In this document: piece after piece, positions 19,171 through 27,722 of the stretch
How positions within the stretch are numbered: the first letter of the stretch is position 1
How the letters are laid out: each line of letters begins with the position of its first letter
Assembly (NCBI GenBank): GCA_036268295.1
Contig: DATAUK010000042.1
Coordinates: forward strand, 14,941-78,940
Length of the DNA stretch: 64,000 nt
Direction of reading: 5' to 3'
Source of the DNA: Mycobacteriales bacterium
Lineage (GTDB): Bacteria; Actinomycetota; Actinomycetes; JAFAQI01
Translations under genes and position numbers: made by a program
The notes under the pieces: generated by a model
Told to the model about the DNA's origin: nothing
Seen by the model: only the letters and a program-made list of their open reading frames with translations
Databases searched by the model: none

Positions 19171-19650
19171 GTGAGCGAGACACCGGCCGCTGGCTCGGAC
19201 CAACCCGACGACGAAGCCGCGACCCCGCCGCCGATGCCGCCGCCACCAGGACCGCCGGCGTACGGCTACTACCCGCCGGCCACCGCATACGGCCCCGGCC
19301 CGGTCGGACAGGTCCGCAGCACCGGCATGTCGATCTTTCTGTTCATCATCACGTTCGGGATCTACGGCTGGTTCTGGTACTACGGCGTGCACGAGGACAT
19401 GAAGCGCTACCGCAATGGTCAGGGCCTCGGCGGCGCGATCGCGCTGATTCTGGCGATCTTCGTCAGCATCGTGATGCCGTTCCTCACCGCCGACGAGGTG
19501 GGCAAGGTGTATGAGGCGCGCGGCCAGGCCAAGCCGGTCAGCGCAATCACCGGACTATGGATCCTGTTGCCACTGATCGGCGGGATCGTGTGGTTCGTCA
19601 AGACCAACGGCGCCCTCAACGACTACTGGCGCTCGCTCGGCGCCAACTAA
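19171..19650 (+). CDS. DUF4234-like small membrane protein with Pro-rich N-terminus
   Basis: GTG start. PPPMPPPPGPPAYGYYPP N-terminus followed by TM segments with FGIYGWFWYYGVHEDMKRY, a DUF4234-type motif as I recall it. Confidence 0.65.
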   Translation: MSETPAAGSDQPDDEAATPPPMPPPPGPPAYGYYPPATAYGPGPVGQVRSTGMSIFLFIITFGIYGWFWYYGVHEDMKRYRNGQGLGGAIALILAIFVSIVMPFLTADEVGKVYEARGQAKPVSAITGLWILLPLIGGIVWFVKTNGALNDYWRSLGAN

Positions 19651-19652
19651 CC

Positions 19653-21563
19653 TCAGCCGGAACGGAACCAGCGACGCTTGGGCTCCGGGGCCGGTTCTGG
19701 CACCTCTTCTGGCAACACCGTGTCACCGGTAGGGCTTTGATCAGGCGGCGGCCACCCCGGCGCTGACTCACTCGGGACCGGCACTGGGACCGTCGCTACC
19801 TCGTCGCCGACCTCGATCTCGGGCTCGACAACGTCGGATGCGTCTGGCGCCGGCGGGTCATCCGGGATCACGCCGGCATCGGGCCAGTCGGCCGGTGCCA
19901 CGTCCGCAACCGGCGGTTCGTCGGTGGACGGCGGCGCGTCGTCGCTGGGCGCTGCCTCGTCCGCTACCGGAGCGGCCCACCCCGCTGTTTCGACCGGCGG
20001 CGCGACCGTGATCGGCTCGGTCTCGACCGGTGACGGCGAAGCGTCGTACGCCGCCGGGTCAACCGGTGCGTCGTCCGCCTGCACCGGCGGCCCGGATTCG
20101 AGGAAGTCGACGGCCGCGAGCATCTGACGGTCAGCGACCTCGTGGGCGTCGTCGTCGAACTGGGCGTCATCGAACCCGGGCTCACCGAAGCCAGGTGGGT
20201 CGAGGTCTAGACCGGCCTGCGCGGCGGCTTCCGCCGAGTCCGGCGCCCCAGCCGCGGGAAGCGGGAAGTCCATCGCCACGGTGGGCGACTCGGGTGCGTC
20301 GGCCGTCTGCTCCTCGCCCCAGCCGAGCTCGATCGGCGGCCCGGTCGTCTCAACCGGCGGGTTGATCGAAGGGTCGGAGGGCTGAGCGTCGAGCGCCGCG
20401 AACTCCGACATCCACTCCATCGACGACGTCATCGCAGCGACCGGCTCAGCGGTGGGCACCGGCTCGTCGGCGAGCGCCGTTTCGTCAGGGAGCACCGGTC
20501 CATCGGTTATCCCCGGCTCAAACTCCGCGACGACCGGTTCGGGCTCCGCAGCGGCAGGCTCGTCCATGGCCGGCTCGGCAGCGGCAGGTTCCGCGACCGG
20601 GGTCGCGATGCTCACCGGGCGGCGCTTGAGCAGGGTCTGCGCCAGCGCGAAGACGGCCTCGTCGATGTGCTCGATGAGACGTTGTTCGGTGAGCTGGATG
20701 GCTGTGCTCACCGACTCGCGCACCCGGGAGTCCAGCGCGGCACCATCCGCGGTGCCTTCGACCAGCCCGGTGACATGGCCACCAATCGCTGTGACGTCAG
20801 AGGCAAGCGGCTCGACCTGAGCCCGCACCGAGGCGACCGCAGCTGTCAGCTCCGACATCGTCGCCGCGAGCGGCATCACGGACGCCTCGATCGCGCTGAG
20901 CCGATCCTCGGACGGCGCGGCGGCAGCGTTCACGGCGACGTCGATCGCGACCAGTTGACGGTGCACGATCGCGAGGTTGTCGGCGAGAACCGAGATCTGC
21001 TCGCCGTACGACGGCAACGACTGCAGACCGGCCGAGAGCAGGCCGATCGTCTCGGCCTGTGAGCGGACGTGCGCATCGACCGCAGTAAGCGCGCCGCGGA
21101 TGTCGGCGAGGTCCTCGCCGCGCTGGGCGACCATCCGGGTCACGCCATCGATTCGCTCGCTGAGGAACCGCACTGCCTCGCGCAGCTCAACCGTCACGCT
21201 GTTGATCTGGGCATCGGAGGAGTCATCGCGCGGCCCGTGGGCGCGCAGGCCGGCGATCTCCTGGCCGAACCGCATCAGCTGGGAGCGCATGTCACTCATC
21301 AGGCTGGCGATCTCATGCTGGTCGACAAGCTGGTCCTCGACCGCGCGCGACAACATCGACCGCAACATGTCGGCCGTTGACTCATCGTCGGTCGCGGCCG
21401 GCGGGGCCGGCTGTGGCGGCGCGGCCGGCGGTGCCGGCTCGGCCGGCTGTGGCAGCTCTGCCCGCTCGGCCAGCTCGGCCGGCTGTGCCGGCTCGGCGCT
21501 CCCGGACGTCGGCGCATACTCGGGCGGAGGTGGCAACGGTGTCCCCGGCTCGTACTCAGTCAC
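19653..21563 (-). CDS. hypothetical protein: Pro/Ala-rich N-terminus, about 250-aa helical region, about 310-aa polyacidic tail
   Basis: 636-aa ORF. GAGGAG lies 6 nt upstream of GTG 21563. The coding frame is maintained through low-complexity regions. I recognise no family. Confidence 0.7.
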   Translation of the reverse strand: MTEYEPGTPLPPPPEYAPTSGSAEPAQPAELAERAELPQPAEPAPPAAPPQPAPPAATDDESTADMLRSMLSRAVEDQLVDQHEIASLMSDMRSQLMRFGQEIAGLRAHGPRDDSSDAQINSVTVELREAVRFLSERIDGVTRMVAQRGEDLADIRGALTAVDAHVRSQAETIGLLSAGLQSLPSYGEQISVLADNLAIVHRQLVAIDVAVNAAAAPSEDRLSAIEASVMPLAATMSELTAAVASVRAQVEPLASDVTAIGGHVTGLVEGTADGAALDSRVRESVSTAIQLTEQRLIEHIDEAVFALAQTLLKRRPVSIATPVAEPAAAEPAMDEPAAAEPEPVVAEFEPGITDGPVLPDETALADEPVPTAEPVAAMTSSMEWMSEFAALDAQPSDPSINPPVETTGPPIELGWGEEQTADAPESPTVAMDFPLPAAGAPDSAEAAAQAGLDLDPPGFGEPGFDDAQFDDDAHEVADRQMLAAVDFLESGPPVQADDAPVDPAAYDASPSPVETEPITVAPPVETAGWAAPVADEAAPSDDAPPSTDEPPVADVAPADWPDAGVIPDDPPAPDASDVVEPEIEVGDEVATVPVPVPSESAPGWPPPDQSPTGDTVLPEEVPEPAPEPKRRWFRSG

Positions 21564-21593
21564 GCGTGGCTCCTCGATCGCGGCGTGTCACCC

Positions 21594-21619
21594 GTGGTCA
21601 TGATGTCAATCACGACCAC
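21594..21619 (-). promoter_or_regulatory. 26-bp near-palindrome (intercistronic stem-loop or operator)
   Basis: Plus strand reads GTGGTCATGA-tgtcaa-TCACGACCAC. The arms match 9/10 as DNA and pair 10/10 with one G-U in the minus-strand RNA. The spacer reads TTGACA on the minus strand. Confidence 0.3.
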
Positions 21620-21663
21620 TAGCTCGCAGTATTGCGGGTCGGAGTCGCCATCACGCGCAAGTC

Positions 21664-22305
21664 TCAGCTGAGGAACGGCTCGAGTCTGCGGTTGACGGCG
21701 TCGAGAGCGGCGCGAATCACGGCCTGGCGGGCGTCTTCGCGCACTACCGCCGATCCGGTCAGCCGGTCGGTGCCGGAGCTGCTGACCATCGTGACCGAGA
21801 CCAGTGCAGTGCGGTCGTTGCCGCTGCGGGTCACCTCGACGTGCTCGAGCTCGAAGCGCGCCGAGGAGTTGATCAGCAGCTCGATCGCCCGCAGCGAGGC
21901 GGTGGCGACGGCGCGCTGCACGCCGCTTTGCGTCGCCGTACCCGTCGACTCACCACGGACGGTGCCGTCGCGGAAGGACAGCGACACCGCGGCGGTGACG
22001 TCCAGGCCCGAGGACACCAGCTGCATGCGGGAGATGATCGGGCGCCGGGCCGGCCGATGTGGCGGATCAGGGGTGGTCGCGTCTTCGATCAGCTGCACCT
22101 GGTCGGCATCGACACCGAGCCCGAACCGCTCTCGCAACATCCGGCCGACCTTCGACGCGACCTGCACCTCGTCGACACCAGGCGACAGACCGAGGCGCAG
22201 CAGGCCGAGGCCGCCGCCCTCGTCGTCGGGCTCGACATCGGCATCGGCGACGCCCTCGACCGTCCGCAGCGCGGCAACAATCTCCGCGTAGTCGGTCACG
22301 GTCAC
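21664..22305 (-). CDS. hypothetical two-domain protein
   Basis: 213-aa ORF. AGGAG lies 7 nt upstream of GTG 22305. Two predicted alpha/beta modules are joined by the linker TTPDPPHRPARRP. I recognise no family. Confidence 0.7.
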   Translation of the reverse strand: MTVTDYAEIVAALRTVEGVADADVEPDDEGGGLGLLRLGLSPGVDEVQVASKVGRMLRERFGLGVDADQVQLIEDATTPDPPHRPARRPIISRMQLVSSGLDVTAAVSLSFRDGTVRGESTGTATQSGVQRAVATASLRAIELLINSSARFELEHVEVTRSGNDRTALVSVTMVSSSGTDRLTGSAVVREDARQAVIRAALDAVNRRLEPFLS

Positions 22306-22447
22306 AGCTGGGCTCCTAGTCCTACGTCGCGGCGGGTTCCACCCCTATCTCGGTGATCGGTGCCCGACTGCTCGCCCTTGAGTTGATCAGGAGACCGATT
22401 CCTACCCCAGATGGCCGTTCCCGTCGACTAATGGTCGGTTCAGCCGA

Positions 22448-23401
22448 ATGGCTGGTCACATCCCTGCACGCTCACCGCGCTCAAGGTCGGCCGGCGCGTC
22501 TACCGTGGTCAGCGTGGACTGGGGCCTGGCGGGCGCGTTCGCGGCGGCCATTGCATACGGCGTGGCGACGATTCTGCAGTCGGTGGGCGCCCGCTCGGAA
22601 GGCACGGCCAGCGAGCTCGATGCGCGGCTGGTGCGGCGCCTGCTGCGCTCCGCGCCGTACGTCATCGGACTTCTGCTCGACACGCTCGGCTTCGGGCTGT
22701 CCTTCGCCGCGCTGCACACGCTGCCGCTGTTCACGGTCGAGGCCGTGGTGGCGTCGAGCCTCGGCGTCACCGCCCTGCTTGCGGTCGTGATCCTCGACAC
22801 CCGGCCCTCCCTTGTCGAATGGCTCGCACTGATCTGCGTCGTCACCGGGCTGACCCTGCTCGCATCTTCGGCCAGGGCCCAGCAGCCGGTGCGGCTCGAC
22901 GACCTGGACCAGTCGCTGCTGCTGATCGCGGTCGCGGTCACCGGCCTGATCGTCTTCGTCGTGGCGCGCCGCCGCAGTGCTCCCGGGCGCGGTGACAGCT
23001 GGGCCCTGGGCATCATGGCCGGGCTGATGTACGGCGCGGCCGGGATCGGCGCCCGGATCCTGCGCACCCCTTCCTCGCCGTGGCGGCTGTTCATCGATCC
23101 GGCGCTCTACGCGATGGCGCTCGCCGGAATCCTCGGGCTGCTGCTCTACGCGATGGCGCTGCAACGCGGCAGTGTCACCCTCGCCACCTCGGCGGTCGTC
23201 GTCTCCGAGACGCTGATGCCGGCGGCGATCGGGATCACCCTGCTCGGCGACCGACCGGCGACCGGTCGGGACGGATTGGCGGTGGCCGGTTTCGCATTGA
23301 CCGTGGCCGGCGCCGTCGCGCTCGCGCGCTACGGCGAACCGCCGGCCCGGAATGTCGAGCGGGTTCCAGATCTCCCGGTGGGTACGCTTCCGGCACCGTG
23401 A
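22448..23401 (+). CDS. multi-pass membrane protein, DMT/EamA-like
   Basis: About 9-10 hydrophobic segments, with an EamA-like half ending in ...LALICVVTGLTLLASSA. Start is uncertain (ATG 22448, GTG 22505 or GTG 22514). The stop overlaps the TetR start as GTGA. Confidence 0.55.
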   Translation: MAGHIPARSPRSRSAGASTVVSVDWGLAGAFAAAIAYGVATILQSVGARSEGTASELDARLVRRLLRSAPYVIGLLLDTLGFGLSFAALHTLPLFTVEAVVASSLGVTALLAVVILDTRPSLVEWLALICVVTGLTLLASSARAQQPVRLDDLDQSLLLIAVAVTGLIVFVVARRRSAPGRGDSWALGIMAGLMYGAAGIGARILRTPSSPWRLFIDPALYAMALAGILGLLLYAMALQRGSVTLATSAVVVSETLMPAAIGITLLGDRPATGRDGLAVAGFALTVAGAVALARYGEPPARNVERVPDLPVGTLPAP

Positions 23402-24036
23402 CGGCGACAAGCAACAACCCAGCGCGGGGCACTCGGCTGCCCCGCTCGGCGCGTCGCGAGCAACTGCTCGGCGCGGCCCAGGAGGTCTTCGTCGCCAACG
23501 GTTATCACGCCGCCGCGATGGACGACATCGCCGAACGCGCCGGGGTCAGCAAGCCGGTGCTCTACCAGCACTTCCCCGGCAAGCTCGAGCTCTACGTCGC
23601 ACTGCTCGACCAGCATGCCGAGATGCTCGAGAACCGGGTCCGGGCTGCACTGGCAAGCTCGACGGACAACCACGACCGGGTCGCCGGCTGCATCCGCGCC
23701 TATTTCGATTTCGTCGACGACCCCGGCGGCGCGTTCCGGCTGGTCTTCGAGTCGGACCTGCGCAACGAGCCCGCAGTACGCGAGCGGGTCGAGCGCTCGC
23801 TGCAGCGCTCGGTCGAGGCGATCGCCGACACCATCGCTCGTGACACCGGCCTGCAGCGCGACGACGCCGAGTTGCTGTCGTGCGGGCTGGCCGGCGTTGC
23901 CGAGGTCAGCGCACGGTGGTGGCTGGCGTCGGCCGACCGGATCCCGAAAGAACGCGCCATCGAGTTGATCCAGGCCCTCACCTGGCGCGGCATCAGCGGC
24001 TACCCGCGGGTGTCCAACCCCGACGGCGACCACTGA
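23398..24036 (+). CDS. TetR-family transcriptional regulator
   Basis: HTH region REQLLGAAQEVFVANGYHAAAMDDIAERAGVSKPVLYQHFPGK. GTG 23398 is chosen. The ORF-track extension back to 23080 overlaps the membrane gene and is Arg-rich. Confidence 0.85.
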   Translation: MTATSNNPARGTRLPRSARREQLLGAAQEVFVANGYHAAAMDDIAERAGVSKPVLYQHFPGKLELYVALLDQHAEMLENRVRAALASSTDNHDRVAGCIRAYFDFVDDPGGAFRLVFESDLRNEPAVRERVERSLQRSVEAIADTIARDTGLQRDDAELLSCGLAGVAEVSARWWLASADRIPKERAIELIQALTWRGISGYPRVSNPDGDH

Positions 24037-24078
24037 TTTTCACCGTCGGCGTACCGGTGTTCGCCGTCGCCAACCGGG

Positions 24079-24327
24079 GTGTCCACTAGCCTGACTCGCG
24101 TGGAGGTCAGGATTGGCGTCAAGGGCGCCCCGCGCGAGTTGTCGATCGAGAGCGCGCAGAGCGCCGATGAGATCCAGAAGATCGTCGACGCCGCGCTCAA
24201 GGACGGCACACCGACGATGACGCTGGTCGACGAGAAGGGCCGCCGCGTCATGATCGCGACCGACAAGCTGGCCTACGTCGAGATCGCCGAGGCGGACTCC
24301 CGCCGGGTCGGGTTCGGCGCCCTCTAG
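24079..24327 (+). CDS. DUF3107 protein (TB9.4-like)
   Basis: VEVRIGVKGAPRELSIES...KGRRVMIATDKLAYVEIAE is typical of DUF3107. The start could instead be GTG 24100. Confidence 0.8.
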   Translation: MSTSLTRVEVRIGVKGAPRELSIESAQSADEIQKIVDAALKDGTPTMTLVDEKGRRVMIATDKLAYVEIAEADSRRVGFGAL

Positions 24328-24362
24328 CCGCTCAGCTAACCGCCGCAGCTACGGCCGCTCAG

Positions 24363-25037
24363 CTAGGAGTGCAGGCCGAGGGTTTCCATCCGCTCGGCGT
24401 GTCGCTGAGTGAGGCGAGCGAGCAGCTCGCCGACCGCAGCCAGGTCACCGACGCCGCCCACGATCAACCGGGCCAGCTCGTCGCGGTCGACCGCGATCCG
24501 CTGCGCCTGCACGAGCGCCTCGCCGACCAGCCGGCGGCCCCACAACGCCAGCCGGCCGGCCACCGCCGGATCGGCTTCGGTCGCCGACCGCACGTGCGCA
24601 ACAGCAAACTCGGCGTGGCCGGTGTCGTCGAGCACATCGACGACCAGCGACTGCGTCGAGTCGTCCATGAACTCCGCCAGTTCGCGGTAGAAGTCCGCCG
24701 CGAAGCCGTCGCCGACGTAGGCCTTGACCAAACTTTCCAGCCAGTCCGCCGGCCGGGTGGAATCGTGGTAGGCGTCGAGCGGGCCGACGAACGGCTCCAT
24801 TGCCGTGGTCGAGTCCACGCCGAGCGAGGCCAGCCGGTCGTGAAGCACCTGGAAATGGCCGAACTCCGCCACCGCCATCGCCGCGAGTGCCGCCTTGTCG
24901 GCAAGCGTCGGCGCGAGCGAGGCATCGCCGGCGAGCCGCTCGAAGGCGGTCAGCTCGGCGTACGCGAGGACACCCAGCAGGTCGACAACGGCCTGCTGCC
25001 GGTCGGCGTCGGTCATCGGGTCGGTCCACTCGGCCAT
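24363..25037 (-). CDS. ferritin-like fold protein
   Basis: 224-aa helical protein with paired E/H-containing helices (YAELTAFERLA, VAEFGHFQ, DTGHAEFA) resembling the conserved actinobacterial ferritin-like family. Confidence 0.65.
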   Translation of the reverse strand: MAEWTDPMTDADRQQAVVDLLGVLAYAELTAFERLAGDASLAPTLADKAALAAMAVAEFGHFQVLHDRLASLGVDSTTAMEPFVGPLDAYHDSTRPADWLESLVKAYVGDGFAADFYRELAEFMDDSTQSLVVDVLDDTGHAEFAVAHVRSATEADPAVAGRLALWGRRLVGEALVQAQRIAVDRDELARLIVGGVGDLAAVGELLARLTQRHAERMETLGLHS

Positions 25038-25239
25038 CGCCCGAGACTATCGACGTCCCCCGAAAACTCCTGATGCCCGACTAGACTGCCGATCAGAACA
25101 ACGACAAATCGCGGAGAGCCGTGGTGTCGGTCCCCTGCGAACATCGCGGGCGCGGGCCAGCCGCCAAGCGCGCAAACGGACTCCGCACGACTCTGCCGTG
25201 TGTTGAGACCAGCGTGAGGCAGAAGCTAGGAGATCCGCC

Positions 25240-26856
25240 GTGAAGACGTTTGCCGACCTCGAGGTCGACGACGACATCGTCGAAACCCTCGCCAGTCATG
25301 GCATCACCGAACCGTTCCCGATCCAGTCGCTCGCGATCCCGCTGGCGATGAAGGGCCACGACCTCATCGGTCAGGCCCGCACCGGCACCGGCAAGACCAT
25401 CGCGTTCGCACTGCCGTTGCTGCATCTCGTCGAGGCCGGTCAGGCCGACGGCAAGCCGCAGGCGCTCGTCGTGGTCCCGACCCGCGAGCTGGCCAGCCAG
25501 GTGGCCCGTGACATCGAGTTCGCCAGCGGATCTCGCGGCACTCGGGTCCTGGTGATCTACGGCGGTCGGGCCTACGAGCCGCAGCTCGAGGCGCTGCGCA
25601 AAGGCGTCGACGTCGTCGTCGGCACCCCGGGCCGGCTGCTCGACCTCGCCAAGCAACGCGCGCTCGACCTGTCCGGCGTGAAGATCCTGGTCCTCGACGA
25701 GGCCGACGAGATGCTCGATCTCGGCTTCCTTCCCGACGTCGAACGGATCGTGGCGCAGGTCGCCGAGGTGCGCCAGACGATGCTGTTCTCGGCCACCATG
25801 CCGAGCCCGGTCGTCACCCTGGCCCGCCGCTATCTTCGGCACCCGACCCACGTCCGGGCCGAGAGCGACGACGACCCCCTCACGGTGCCGAACACCGCGC
25901 AGTTCGTCTACCGCGCCCACCACCTCGACAAGCCAGAGGTGCTCGCCCGCGTGATGCAGGCCGACGGCCGGGGTCTCGCGATGGTCTTCACCCGCACCAA
26001 GCGCTCGGCCGACCGGATCGCCGCCGACCTCGACGAGCGTGGCTTCGCCGCGGCCGCGGTCCACGGCGACCTCGGCCAGGGCGCTCGCGAGCGGGCGCTG
26101 CGCGCGTTCCGTGCCGGCAAGGTCGACATCCTGGTCGCGACCGACGTCGCGGCGCGCGGCATCGACATCACCGGCGTGACCCACGTCATCAACTACGAGT
26201 GCCCGGACGACGAGAAAACCTACCTGCACCGGATCGGGCGCACCGGCCGGGCCGGCGAGGTCGGCTGCGCGATCACCTTCGTCGACTGGGCCGACGGCTA
26301 TCGCTGGGGCATGATCAACAAGGCGCTCGACCTGCCGTTCCCGGAGCCGGAGGAGACCTACTCCACCTCGGACGTGCTGTACGCCGAGCTCGACATTGCG
26401 CGCGAGGCGACCGGCCGACTACCTCGCTCGCAGCGCACCCGCGAAGGTCTCGACGCCGAGGCGATCGAGGACCTCGGCGAGACCGGACGCAAGCCCGCCA
26501 GCCGCTCCTCGGACCGGGCGCACAGCGGTCGGTCAGGCGCCGGATCCGGCGGCCGGCCAGCCGGCTCTGGCCGATCAAGTCGATCGGATGGCTCAGCTTC
26601 CGGCGAGACCGCCCAACGACGAGAGTCACGACCGGCTCGGCAGCGTCAGCGCACCCGTGGTGGCGCGCCGACCGGCGGCGGGGCGACCTCGAACGGCTCG
26701 ACAAACCAGGCCGGCAGCTCGACATCCAGTGCTGCTTCTGCGTCTGCGCCGGCTGCGGCAGCGGCCGGGTCGGATGGTGCGCCGAGACGACGCCGCCGGC
26801 GTCGTACTCGTGGCGGCGGCGCACCCGCTGCGGGTGGCGCGGCCGCGACGGAATAA
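25240..26856 (+). CDS. rhlE: DEAD-box ATP-dependent RNA helicase with RG/S-rich C-terminal tail
   Basis: Q-motif/ARTGTGKT, PTRELA, DEAD (VLDEADEML), SAT and HRIGRTGRAG motifs. AGGAG lies upstream of GTG 25240. Confidence 0.9.
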   Translation: MKTFADLEVDDDIVETLASHGITEPFPIQSLAIPLAMKGHDLIGQARTGTGKTIAFALPLLHLVEAGQADGKPQALVVVPTRELASQVARDIEFASGSRGTRVLVIYGGRAYEPQLEALRKGVDVVVGTPGRLLDLAKQRALDLSGVKILVLDEADEMLDLGFLPDVERIVAQVAEVRQTMLFSATMPSPVVTLARRYLRHPTHVRAESDDDPLTVPNTAQFVYRAHHLDKPEVLARVMQADGRGLAMVFTRTKRSADRIAADLDERGFAAAAVHGDLGQGARERALRAFRAGKVDILVATDVAARGIDITGVTHVINYECPDDEKTYLHRIGRTGRAGEVGCAITFVDWADGYRWGMINKALDLPFPEPEETYSTSDVLYAELDIAREATGRLPRSQRTREGLDAEAIEDLGETGRKPASRSSDRAHSGRSGAGSGGRPAGSGRSSRSDGSASGETAQRRESRPARQRQRTRGGAPTGGGATSNGSTNQAGSSTSSAASASAPAAAAAGSDGAPRRRRRRRTRGGGAPAAGGAAATE

Positions 26857-26927
26857 CTCGGTCGCCCGATCAAGGCGGCACCTGGAGTCGCCGATGACCT
26901 TCTCGAGTCGACGAGGAGGCATCGCCC

Positions 26928-27371
26928 ATGGCGCTGCGGACAACCGGCAACCGGCACAGCGCCGAGGACGCCGAGGACCTGGCTGGCTGGGTACGGGCGC
27001 TCCAAGGCTGCCCGCCGATCACCCAGACCGCGTTGGCGCTATGCCGGCATCCCTCGCACGGTGACGAGCCGGCCAGTTGGTTCTATGTCGAGGCGGACGC
27101 CGAGTCCGGTGTCGCTCGGCTGCGCTGCCTGTCGGGCGGGCACGTCACCAACCTGCTCGACTCTGCGGAGCAGTGGACGTTTCCAACCGCCTGGGCCTGC
27201 ATCTCCTGCAGCCAGTCGATCGCCGAGGTCGTCTACGGCATCAACGACGACGCCGGCACCGCGAGCTGGCTCGCCATGGTGGTGCGCTGCGTCGAGTGCG
27301 GCGACGTCGCCGGCGTCACCGACGTCGTGCTCGGCAAGGTCCCGGTCGACGAACTGCTCGCGGCTTTGTAA
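26928..27371 (+). CDS. hypothetical Cys-rich (putative zinc-binding) protein
   Basis: 147 aa. GAGGAGG lies 9 nt upstream of ATG 26928. Motifs RCLSGGH, CISC and CVEC. Confidence 0.6.
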   Translation: MALRTTGNRHSAEDAEDLAGWVRALQGCPPITQTALALCRHPSHGDEPASWFYVEADAESGVARLRCLSGGHVTNLLDSAEQWTFPTAWACISCSQSIAEVVYGINDDAGTASWLAMVVRCVECGDVAGVTDVVLGKVPVDELLAAL

Positions 27372-27722
27372 CTAGACCTGGAGGGTGAAGCGGACCCAGC
27401 TCGGGCGGCCGCACGCCGGGCAGCGCATGTACGTCGGATAGTCACGCCCGCCGAGGCTCATGGTGTGAATCTCGCCGCCATGGCCGATCCGCAGCCCGAG
27501 ATGCAGCGACGGCATCGTCGCGCGCAGCGCCTTGGCCAGACCGAGAACGGTCCGGACCTCACAGCGGGAGCACTCGACCAGCGCCGAGCCGACGCCCGGC
27601 GAGGCAGTGTCGGCCGCCGAGGAGAACAGCGCCCGCTTGCCCTCGGCGTCGACGGCGTGTGACGGGTTGGGGGCCGCCGACCGGGGGGCGCGCGGAGGCA
27701 GCCGGTCGAAGCCTTCGCTCAC
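27372..27722 (-). CDS. hypothetical zinc-ribbon protein coupled to the ParA-like gene
   Basis: 116 aa with CSRC ... CPAC pairs. The GTG start overlaps the ParA-like stop as GTGA (27719-27722). Confidence 0.6.
   Translation of the reverse strand: MSEGFDRLPPRAPRSAAPNPSHAVDAEGKRALFSSAADTASPGVGSALVECSRCEVRTVLGLAKALRATMPSLHLGLRIGHGGEIHTMSLGGRDYPTYMRCPACGRPSWVRFTLQV

Noticed and set aside
23080-23397. Upstream extension of the TetR ORF, and similarly 28332-28751 upstream of the hydrolase and 3008-3109 upstream of the mycoredoxin.
   Set aside because: The extensions overlap neighbouring genes or are Arg-rich. The domain starts coincide with internal GTG/ATG codons, some of them with RBS or stop-start overlap.
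24327-24365. 12-nt direct repeat GCCGCTCAGCTA (24327-24338 and 24354-24365) between the DUF3107 and ferritin-like genes.
   Set aside because: It is too short and isolated to call a repeat element. One copy contains the ferritin-like stop, so it may be a small duplication scar with no clear function.
25038-25239. The ~200-nt leader upstream of the DEAD-box helicase, as a possible structured cis-regulatory RNA.
   Set aside because: Only short, unconvincing stems are visible by eye, e.g. TCTGCC...GGCAGA. I cannot support a specific RNA family without covariance analysis.
25093-26229. 378-aa minus-strand ORF.
   Set aside because: It is antisense to the DEAD-box helicase gene, which carries all canonical motifs. 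This is a shadow ORF.
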